From positions 1 through 54,285 of the forward strand of contig CAXMSF010000090.1 of the NCBI GenBank assembly GCA_964196055.1: a DNA stretch of 54,285 nt, read 5' to 3'. Each line of letters opens with the position of its first letter. The stretch's first letter is position 1. Below, one piece after another: positions 1 to 7,552 of the stretch. The notes beneath the pieces were generated by a model. It was not told the DNA's origin and ran no database searches. It was given only the letters and a program-made list of their open reading frames with translations. This DNA is from an uncultured Gammaproteobacteria bacterium (lineage in GTDB: Bacteria > Myxococcota_A > UBA9160 > SMWR01). Both the position numbers and the translations under genes were made by a program.

Positions 1-25
1 GAACGCGTTTCAGCGCACTCAACAC

Positions 26-99
26 CCCGCGGCCGGAGTCGGGGAGGGGTCGAAGCGACTGTGTTCGAGCGGAGATCCCTCCCCGACTCCGGCCGCGGG
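26..99. repeat. Perfect 23-bp inverted repeat (hairpin), part of a hairpin-rich intergenic element
   Basis: cccgcggccggagtcggggaggg (26-48) is the exact reverse complement of ccctccccgactccggccgcggg (77-99). Confidence 0.85.
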
Positions 100-187
100 C
101 GCGCGAGCACCGATCGCGCAAGAGAGGCCCTCTCTGGCGAGTGTGCCGACACGGCCGAGCGAATCGGAAGGCAGACGCGCTCCTAGC

Positions 188-258
188 GCGTTCTGGCCGC
201 AGCGCGGTCAGAACTTCTGCGTCGTCGCGCAAAACGCGCATAGCGCGTTTCGCGCTCC
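188..258 (+). repeat. Dispersed ~71-bp repeat, copy A
   Basis: Aligns without gaps to the reverse complement of 1340-1410 (55/71 identical by hand count); contains hairpin aaacgcgc-ata-gcgcgttt. Confidence 0.75.
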
Positions 259-881
259 TAGATCTCCTCGCCGGTTTCGGTGTATGCGGCTAGCACCTTG
301 TCGGCGTAGTCGTGGGGGATGGGTCGGCCGTTGCGTATCCGGCGCGATACATTGCCGGGTCCGGCGTTGTATGCCGCCAGAGCGGTTCGCACGTTCGCGT
401 AGCGCTCGATCAGCTCTTCGAGATAACGGACACCGAGACGCACGTTGATCACCGGGTCGAACAAGCTCTCGCGTCCACGCCACGGAACATCGATTCGACC
501 TGCGAGGAATTCACCGGTCGCGGGCATGATCTGCATCAGGCCCATTGCGCCCGCATCCGAAACCGCGTCCCGCCGGCCGCTGCTTTCGACCTCGATCACC
601 GCGAGCACGAAGGTCGGCGATAAGCCGGCCCGATGTGCCTCGCTCACGATTACGCGCGCGAGGTGCGCCGCCTCTGCGGGCAAGAGCCGAGGGTCGCGAT
701 CGGAGAAGACACGCGCGATCCCATCGATCTCGCTGCGGAGTGTCTCGGGCGTCGCCGCGAAATCTACTGCCTCGCTCCGCGTAGAAATGGTCTCGACATC
801 AGTCGCGGGTGTGATGGCGCAGGAAACCGTGGACAGAATCAACGTGATCAAACATGCTGAGATTCGATCGGTCGGTCGCAT
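258..881 (-). CDS. Lytic transglycosylase, SLT domain (possible lipoprotein)
   Basis: Motifs VIEVESSG (catalytic Glu), GAMGLMQIMP and AAYNAG; N-terminal hydrophobic stretch ending TVSC. Confidence 0.92.
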   Translation of the reverse strand: MRPTDRISACLITLILSTVSCAITPATDVETISTRSEAVDFAATPETLRSEIDGIARVFSDRDPRLLPAEAAHLARVIVSEAHRAGLSPTFVLAVIEVESSGRRDAVSDAGAMGLMQIMPATGEFLAGRIDVPWRGRESLFDPVINVRLGVRYLEELIERYANVRTALAAYNAGPGNVSRRIRNGRPIPHDYADKVLAAYTETGEEI

Positions 882-886
882 CTATG

Positions 887-986
887 AACCCCTTTCGGCA
901 GCCGTTCGACCCCCTCGGTGCAACCAAGGCCGGGCACTGGCTTTGCGTCCCCGGTTTCCACCGGGTTTGCTCTTGTCGTAGGGCGT
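887..986 (-). ncRNA. GEMM-I (c-di-GMP-I class) riboswitch aptamer, A20 variant (candidate c-AMP-GMP sensor)
   Basis: Minus strand reads CGACAAGAGCAAACCCGGU-GGAA-ACCGGGGACGCAAAGCC...GGCUGCCGAAAG. It has the GCAAAC/GACGCAAAGC core, a P2 with GNRA loop, a P3 stem (CCUUGGU/ACCGAGG) and the 3' GCCGA, and lies directly 5' of the SLT start codon. Confidence 0.88.
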
Positions 987-1339
987 GCGGAACCTCGCGA
1001 TCCACACCACCATCGCTCTAAGTGTGGCATATTCCCCTCGCTTTGTCGCCCCACCGCTCAGCACCACTCGCTCCGGCCGGGAGACAACATCTCGAATGTG
1101 CAACGGACACCCGTAAGCATCCAGAATTCAGCCTGCATCGTCGCTGAAAGAGTCGGGGCGGTATCGCTGCTTTCCGGAGTTCCACCTCGAGCGCCACCGC
1201 GACGCCAAAGAACCGGAGCCCGAGAAAGTAGGTCGCAACGACCGTTGCAGCTCCGAGCAAGAGCAGAATCCAGACATCGATTCGCTCGAACAGGAGCGGA
1301 TCGACGCGTCCGAGTAGCGGCCAGAACAGCAAGGCGCTG

Positions 1340-1410
1340 GGAGTACGAAACGCGCTTTGCGCGAATTGTGCGACGCCGCGGAAGCTTTGGCCGCGGAACG
1401 ACCAAAACGC
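1340..1410 (-). repeat. Dispersed ~71-bp repeat, copy B (inverted relative to A)
   Basis: Reverse complement gcgttttggtcgttccgcggccaaagcttccgcggcgtcgcacaattcgcgcaaagcgcgtttcgtactcc matches 188-258. Confidence 0.75.
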
Positions 1411-1671
1411 AGATGCTCCAGCCGAAGAACGGCGTCCAGATTGCCTACCCACCATCCGAGTAGTCGATGAATTGGGCAAAGGCGAGTGACTTCGGAAAGT
1501 GTACGAGGGGTTAGAGGATCAGACGCATGTGATAGTAAGCGTCATTGCCCAAGAAGAGCGTGCGTCCTGCGACCAGGATTTCTTGTGCGAGTAGCCGACC
1601 AGGCCCCCGGCCCCAACTCCTACGAATGACCCTGGAAGCAGGCCGCGGGGAGTGGCACAATCATCTCCGAC

Positions 1672-1980
1672 ATGAGGCCAGAGAACCGACAACAGCCGGG
1701 TCCGACCCCTCGCCGTTTCGCCTTCGGTGTGGCCGCAGTGTGCGCGATCGCGTGGCTGCCGGGCATATCGCAGGCAGCAGGTCAGCTCGCAGAATCCGGC
1801 GGCCGCCTGGCCTATGTCGACCCGGGCTCGGGGAGCTTCATCCTCCAGGCGTTGATCGCAACCCTCGCCGGAGCGGCCGTAGCGATCAATGCGTACTGGG
1901 CGAAGATCAAGCGCGTCCTTGGCCGCGGAACTCCCGAAGAAGACGATGAAGTGAAGGGCAATACGCACAGCGATGACTGA
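1672..1980 (+). CDS. Small membrane protein with YVDPGSGS motif
   Basis: Signal-like N-terminus, AYVDPGSGSFILQ, a TM helix, basic WAKIKR and an acidic tail; overlaps the next gene's start. Confidence 0.7.
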   Translation: MRPENRQQPGPTPRRFAFGVAAVCAIAWLPGISQAAGQLAESGGRLAYVDPGSGSFILQALIATLAGAAVAINAYWAKIKRVLGRGTPEEDDEVKGNTHSDD

Positions 1981-3373
1981 CGCGGCACTCGGCGCGTCCT
2001 TTCGCGATCCCAGCGGTTTCGTATTCGAGCACGACGGAGCCGTCTACCGCCAGGTCAACCGGATCTACGCGGAAGACTACGACCACCTGATGGACTCGGG
2101 CCTCTACGCCGCACTCGTTGAAGCCGGGATGCTGGTCGCCCACGAGGAAGTCGCGTCGCCACTCTCCCGCGCGAGCGATGACGGCGCTCACTACAAGACC
2201 CTCGAGCCCGAACAGATCGGCTTCGTCTCCTATCCCTTCGAATGGTGCTTCTCGCAGCTGAAGGACGCCGCCCTGACGACACTCCGAATCGCGCAGACTG
2301 CGCTTCGTTACGGCATGGTTCTCAAGGACGCGAGTGCGTACAACGTCCAATTCCTCCGCGGTCAGCCTGTATTCATCGATACATTGTCGTTCGAGCGATA
2401 CAAAGAGGGCACGCCGTGGGTCGCGTATCGACAGTTCTGTCAACATTTTCTCGCGCCACTCGCACTCGCGGCCCATCGCGACGTGCGGCTGCTCCAGCTC
2501 TTCCGCGTCCATATCGATGGCGTCCCACTCGATCTCGCGCGCAGCCTGCTTCCCACTCGTGCCTGGTTGAACCCACATCTACTGCTCCACATCCGAGTCC
2601 ACGCGAACTACCAGCGCCGCTACGAAGGCGATACCGACAGCGCCTCGAAGGTGCGCCCGATGAGCAAACAAGCGTTACAGAACCTCATCACGGCGCTCGT
2701 CTCTGCGACGAAGAAGCTGCACTGGAAGGCAGAGGGCACGGAGTGGGCCGAGTATTACCATGGTGACAGTTACAACCAACGCGCCACGGATCACAAACGC
2801 CGAGTGGTCGGCGAGTTCATCGACGCGATCGCCCCCTCGGAACTCTGGGATCTGGGTGCGAATACCGGAGAATACAGCCGGATCGCCTCGGAACGCGGCA
2901 TCGAGACCAAGGCCTTCGATGTCGACCCGGCGTGCGTCGACCGCGGCTACGCCGCCGTCAGAAAGAGCGGCGAGACCCGGCTACTCCCGCTGCTCCTCGA
3001 CCTCACCAACCCGAGTCCGTCGATCGGCTGGGCGCTGGGTGAGCGGAATTCGATCGTCGAACGAAGCACCGCGGATGCCGTGATGGCTCTCGCCTTGATC
3101 CACCACATCGCGATCTCTAATAACGTCCCGCTGCGCCGGATCGCCGAATTCTTTGCGCGCCTCGCCGAGCACCTGATCATCGAATTCGTTCCGAAATCCG
3201 ATGCGAAGGTCGCGATCCTGCTCAGCACACGCGAGGACATCTTCCCGGATTACACGGAAAGTGGCTTCGAGACCGCTTTCGGAGGGGTCTACACGATCGA
3301 GTCGCGGATCGCCGTAGAGGGATCCGAGCGGACGCTCTATCGCATGCGACGCCGCGCTATTTCGACTGCTTGA
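1973..3373 (+). CDS. NoeA-like class I SAM-dependent methyltransferase with N-terminal kinase-like region
   Basis: N-terminal SFRDPSGFVF and SYPFEW; C-terminal SAM motif WDLGANTGEYS and ALALIHH. Confidence 0.85.
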   Translation: MTDAALGASFRDPSGFVFEHDGAVYRQVNRIYAEDYDHLMDSGLYAALVEAGMLVAHEEVASPLSRASDDGAHYKTLEPEQIGFVSYPFEWCFSQLKDAALTTLRIAQTALRYGMVLKDASAYNVQFLRGQPVFIDTLSFERYKEGTPWVAYRQFCQHFLAPLALAAHRDVRLLQLFRVHIDGVPLDLARSLLPTRAWLNPHLLLHIRVHANYQRRYEGDTDSASKVRPMSKQALQNLITALVSATKKLHWKAEGTEWAEYYHGDSYNQRATDHKRRVVGEFIDAIAPSELWDLGANTGEYSRIASERGIETKAFDVDPACVDRGYAAVRKSGETRLLPLLLDLTNPSPSIGWALGERNSIVERSTADAVMALALIHHIAISNNVPLRRIAEFFARLAEHLIIEFVPKSDAKVAILLSTREDIFPDYTESGFETAFGGVYTIESRIAVEGSERTLYRMRRRAISTA

Positions 3374-4136
3374 AGAGCGGCAGATTCGCTTCAGTCGCCA
3401 CGTAGATCACGTTGGGATTTTCGCTCAACGTCTTGATCCACAGATACTGCAGGTAGGAATCCGAAAGCGTCGAACGCACGATCTCCTGGGCCTGCGCCGC
3501 GCCCTTCGCGCGCGCAACCTCGATTTCGGCGTCCTTTTTGGCCTGCTGCAACATGAACTGCTTCTGCTGTACCTGTTGCTCCGCCGTCAACTTGGCTTCG
3601 ATGCTTTCGCGGAATCGCTGCGGGAGCTTCACGTCGCGGAGCAACACGTCTTCGACTCGGATGCCGCGGCTCTCGAGGTTCTCCTTGAGGAAGCCCTTGA
3701 TCTTCGATGCGATCTCCTTGCGCCCGGATTCCGAATAGATGTTCTTTACGGGGTAGCCGCTCACCACGTCGCGCACGGCATTCCGGAAATACGGGATGAC
3801 GAGAACATCGATGTAGTTCCAGCCAACCGTCTTGCGAATCGCAGGCGCCTGCCCGGGATCCACCCGGAACAACAATGAGGTGTCGAGCCCGACGATCAAC
3901 CCCTCGGACGACGGAACCTGAGCACTCTCCTTGAGCTCCTGCAATTTGGTGTTCCAGGTTTCGACCGTCCGGATCACCGGGAACTGCAGAACGAGGCCCT
4001 GCCCCACTGGTTCATCCTTGATCGAGCCAAAGCTCTTCGACACGCCCACCTGCCCGTCCTCGATCACCACGCACCCTGAGACGAGCACCAATGCCGCCAT
4101 TAGCGTCATTGCGACCAACGGTGTCACCCGATTCAT
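3357..4136 (-). CDS. SPFH/prohibitin (band 7) family protein
   Basis: SSEGLIVGLDTS, VEDVLLRDVKLP, IEAKLTAEQ and EVARAKGAAQAQ; ATG at 4136 follows SD GAAGGGGG. Confidence 0.92.
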   Translation of the reverse strand: MNRVTPLVAMTLMAALVLVSGCVVIEDGQVGVSKSFGSIKDEPVGQGLVLQFPVIRTVETWNTKLQELKESAQVPSSEGLIVGLDTSLLFRVDPGQAPAIRKTVGWNYIDVLVIPYFRNAVRDVVSGYPVKNIYSESGRKEIASKIKGFLKENLESRGIRVEDVLLRDVKLPQRFRESIEAKLTAEQQVQQKQFMLQQAKKDAEIEVARAKGAAQAQEIVRSTLSDSYLQYLWIKTLSENPNVIYVATEANLPLFKQSK

Positions 4137-4240
4137 GAATCCCCCTTCGATTGCGGGTGCGGCCGCACCCACCAGAAGCCGGATCTTACCGAATTCGCCG
4201 AGCCGCGGGCGGATGCTCTACAGAAACCCGCTGGGCGCCG

Positions 4241-5893
4241 TCAGCCGCGACGGCGATAGACTGCAACCCAGGGCGCCGATTCAGCGCGTTCACCGGCAGC
4301 CGTCATCAAATCGCGAGCCTCGGCGCCGTGGACGAACTCGTACGAACCGCCCTCCGGCGTCGGAAGTGCGAGAAATTCGAGCCCGTATTCGCGGCCGAGA
4401 AGCTCTCGCGATGCGTCGAAGACATGCAGCTCCGTGTTCGCGCTCTTCAACAGCGATGACTGCAGGTTCACCCAGACCACGTAGCGCGGGCGCGCAGCCA
4501 CGACCTCCGCCATCACCTCGCGTTGCCGTTCGAGGGCGTCCGGATAGGCCCCCGTGAGCGGATAGAAGAAGATGTAACGGGTTGCGCTCTCACGCTCCGC
4601 GTAGAAGAGGATCTGCGGCTCGGATCCTACGATGTAGACGCGGTCGTCGGGATCGCTGGTCCGACGAATGTAACGTCCGATCTCAACGGATTCAGGAAAT
4701 GGGTTCATGCCGTAGATTGCACGCGAGACCTCGTCTGGATCGCCCGCCCAAAGGATCGTGCGATTCGCGAAGATCGGCGGCATGATCGCAACCGCGATCA
4801 ACGCGGCGATCCCGGCGCCGGTCACCACGCCACCACGTGCCAGCAGTCGTTCCGCCATCGCTCCGAGAATGCAACCCGCGAGAACGACTAGCGCCGGCAG
4901 GGCTTGAAAGAAGTAGTGGGGACGAAAGAAGAACCCCACGCTGACCCCCATCGCGGAAGCGATCCACCAGCCGAGCCAGAAGCCGCGGCTCGAGTCATGC
5001 TTTCGCCGCAGCACGAACAGCGCCAACAAAGCCAGCGCCCAGCACATCGCGAGACTCGGCGCCTGCTCGGACAGGCGGTGCACGATCATCTCGAAACCTT
5101 GCGCCGGGCCGACACTCTGCGAGTAGCGGAGATTGTGCCAAAAGACGGCATCGACGAACGGGCGCCAAGCCCCGGCCGCGGCAAAGCCCAACAGCACGGG
5201 TGCGCTCGCGAGCAAAGCGCCAACGACGAGGCCTGCCCAGGCTCGTGCCAGCGTTGCAAGATCACGAGACGACGGCCGACCGAAATGCCACGTCGCCACG
5301 GTCGCCACGAAGAGCGCGTTCGTCACCGCCACCTGCTTGAACCAACAGGCGGCGGCAGCCAACGCGCCACAGCCGATCCACCACCGAAGCTGCATCGGCG
5401 AATCCAACGCACGAAGCAGGCAGTAAACCGATGTCACCATCGGCAACAACATGAAGAGTTCGGTATTTGCCGCGTTACCAGTCAGTTTCGGATTGGCACT
5501 CAGGACCGAAAACAACAGCACCGCAAACGCCGCTGCAAGCGGGCCTTCCCGCCGACGAACGCAGCCGAACAGCGCCAACGCGGTCGCCGCGGTCCAAGCA
5601 TGCAAGAAGAGATGAATGCCCTCGATCGAGGGACCGAACAGCGAAAAGGCAGCAGCGTATGCGAAGAATGTCGCCGGCGGCTTCTGATCGAACGCGTCGC
5701 GGTACGGAACCTCGCCCTCGAGCAGACGCTGTGCGATGTACGCGTATTCGCCTTCATCGCGCTCCAGCGGCACCGAAACCAACGGCACACGTACGAGCAC
5801 GAACACCGAGAGCGCTGTGAACAACACCACGGCGCACACCCATCGCAGACTCCGCTGTACGGAGGGCGAGACGGCATCCGCTTCGGTCGTCAC
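4241..5893 (-). CDS. GT-C fold glycosyltransferase (GT39/ArnT/PMT-like membrane protein)
   Basis: LERDEGEYAY, PYRDAFDQKPP, NTELF, WFKQ and RPHYF with many TM helices; GTG start at 5893 preferred because the longer ORF runs into a palindromic element. Confidence 0.85.
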   Translation of the reverse strand: MTTEADAVSPSVQRSLRWVCAVVLFTALSVFVLVRVPLVSVPLERDEGEYAYIAQRLLEGEVPYRDAFDQKPPATFFAYAAAFSLFGPSIEGIHLFLHAWTAATALALFGCVRRREGPLAAAFAVLLFSVLSANPKLTGNAANTELFMLLPMVTSVYCLLRALDSPMQLRWWIGCGALAAAACWFKQVAVTNALFVATVATWHFGRPSSRDLATLARAWAGLVVGALLASAPVLLGFAAAGAWRPFVDAVFWHNLRYSQSVGPAQGFEMIVHRLSEQAPSLAMCWALALLALFVLRRKHDSSRGFWLGWWIASAMGVSVGFFFRPHYFFQALPALVVLAGCILGAMAERLLARGGVVTGAGIAALIAVAIMPPIFANRTILWAGDPDEVSRAIYGMNPFPESVEIGRYIRRTSDPDDRVYIVGSEPQILFYAERESATRYIFFYPLTGAYPDALERQREVMAEVVAARPRYVVWVNLQSSLLKSANTELHVFDASRELLGREYGLEFLALPTPEGGSYEFVHGAEARDLMTAAGERAESAPWVAVYRRRG

Positions 5894-5912
5894 TGCCCGC
5901 GGATCTCCATGG

Positions 5913-6111
5913 GGAGAAATGCTAGCCCGGATTCTTCGTGAAGCTCGTCGTGAGGGCGACAAGAGCGCTGCCGTTTCGGGGCCTCGGGCTGGAGCCGACC
6001 TGAAGCGTACCTTCAGTACGCTGCGGATCGGCGGAGGGAGATGGTCTCGAGAACGCATTGGCCCTGCCGTCCTCAGCAGAGCGTTCATGAATGATCGGGG
6101 CTAGCTTCTCC
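5913..6111. mobile_element. MITE-like (or structured RNA) ~190-bp imperfect palindrome bounded by CTAG
   Basis: CTAG at 5922 and 6101; arms gctagcccggattcttcgtgaagctc / gagcgttcatgaatgatcggggctagc; central hairpin agcgtac-cttca-gtacgct. Confidence 0.55.
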
Positions 6112-6119
6112 GATTCAAA

Positions 6120-7544
6120 ATGGTCAGTCCCAAGCTCCCGGTGATAGCGCGCGCCCCGATTCCGGTCATCCTGCTGTTCCTGGCGCTCGCCGGATGCACT
6201 CCCCCAACATCGATCCCGCCCCCGCAGCTCCTGCTCCTGATCAGCGTCGACACCCTGCGCACGGATCGACTCGGGATCTACGGAAGCGAACTCGGCATCA
6301 GCCCGAATCTCGACGCGTTCGCGGAACACAGCCAGGTATTCGAAGCCGCGTACGCGCCGACATCGTTCACGCTGCCATCGATCGGCACGCTGCTGACGGG
6401 CCGTTATCCAGAAGAGATCGGGATCCTCGGAAACCGGTCGGCGCTAGCTCCCTCGGTTCCAACACTCGCGACCGCGCTCGGAGAGTCGGGCTGGCGCAGC
6501 GCCGCGGTGGTGGGCAATCTCGTGTTACGCCGGAACGCCGGGCTCGCCGAGGGTTTCGATGTCTACGACGACGACCTCCACGACCTCGAATCGACGCGCG
6601 GATGGCCCGAGCGGGTCGCCCGCGACACCACCGACTCCGCACTCGCGCTGCTCGCTGGATTTCCACGTGACCGCGACGATCGATTCTTCCTGTGGGTGCA
6701 CTACCAGGATCCCCACGGTCCCTATACGCCGCCAGAGGGATTTCGCGAGCAATTCCTCGAAGACGAGCGGGCAACCGACGACGGCAGGCGCAACCTGCCG
6801 AAAGTCACCGGGCAGCGTGGCCGAGGCCACATCCCCGACTACCAGGTCGTCGATGAGCAGCGCGAGGTCGCTTTCTATCGAGCCGGCTACGATGGTGAGA
6901 TCCGCTACCTCGATGCCGAGATCGGTCGCCTCCTCGCCGTGCTCGACGAACGCGAACTCACACCACGCACCGTCGTCGTGTTCACGGCCGATCACGGTGA
7001 GAGCCTCGGCGAACGTGACTACTGGTTCGCACACGGCGATCGCCTCGATGAGGCGTTGGTTCGGGTTCCGTTGCTGCTGCGCGTGCCGGGACTCACACCG
7101 GCGCGGCGCTACGACATTGCGGGCCTGGTGGACGTCAAGCCGACCTTGCTCCGCCTGGCTGCCGAACGGCCTGTCGACCCGGATGCGCCCGGGCGCGACC
7201 TGCTCTCGAGCGACGCGCGTGCGACCGACAGCGTGCCGTACCTCGCCACGCTCGGCGCCGGCGGCCCGACCCGATTCGGCATCGTCGCCGATGGTCACAA
7301 GTTCGTCATGACCCACTCGGACCAGGGTTGGAAACCGGAGCTCTACCGACTCGGCTACGAGGGGCGCAACCTCGCGGACAGCGATCCCAAGCGGGCCCAG
7401 AAACTGCGCGAGCGTCTCGTTACGCTACGCCGAGGCCTGCGGCCCTCTACGCCGATCCGCCGGCAGAGACTCAGCGAGCAGGATCAGCAGAACCTCCGCG
7501 CGCTCGGCTACATTCAGGCGCCCGAAACGACGCATATCGACTGA
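6120..7544 (+). CDS. Sulfatase-like (alkaline phosphatase superfamily) lipoprotein, Thr at the nucleophile position
   Basis: Lipobox LAGC; ISVDTLRTDRLG, TLPSIGTLLTG, WVHYQDPHGPY, FTADHGE and C-terminal LRALGY. Confidence 0.88.
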   Translation: MVSPKLPVIARAPIPVILLFLALAGCTPPTSIPPPQLLLLISVDTLRTDRLGIYGSELGISPNLDAFAEHSQVFEAAYAPTSFTLPSIGTLLTGRYPEEIGILGNRSALAPSVPTLATALGESGWRSAAVVGNLVLRRNAGLAEGFDVYDDDLHDLESTRGWPERVARDTTDSALALLAGFPRDRDDRFFLWVHYQDPHGPYTPPEGFREQFLEDERATDDGRRNLPKVTGQRGRGHIPDYQVVDEQREVAFYRAGYDGEIRYLDAEIGRLLAVLDERELTPRTVVVFTADHGESLGERDYWFAHGDRLDEALVRVPLLLRVPGLTPARRYDIAGLVDVKPTLLRLAAERPVDPDAPGRDLLSSDARATDSVPYLATLGAGGPTRFGIVADGHKFVMTHSDQGWKPELYRLGYEGRNLADSDPKRAQKLRERLVTLRRGLRPSTPIRRQRLSEQDQQNLRALGYIQAPETTHID

Positions 7545-7552
7545 GAGCCTGC

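Noticed and set aside
176-261. Direct repeats at 75-nt spacing as a CRISPR array
   Set aside because: Only two 11-nt copies and no cas genes
1018-1479. 153-aa minus-strand ORF (also 143-448 + and 918-1463 +)
   Set aside because: These overlap the dispersed repeat and regulatory DNA and have no recognisable domain; the similarity between the 143-448 and 1018-1479 peptides is explained by the DNA repeat
5913-6111. Integron attC site or SRP RNA
   Set aside because: No RYYYAAC/GTTRRRY boxes and no SRP GGAA/AGCAG motif
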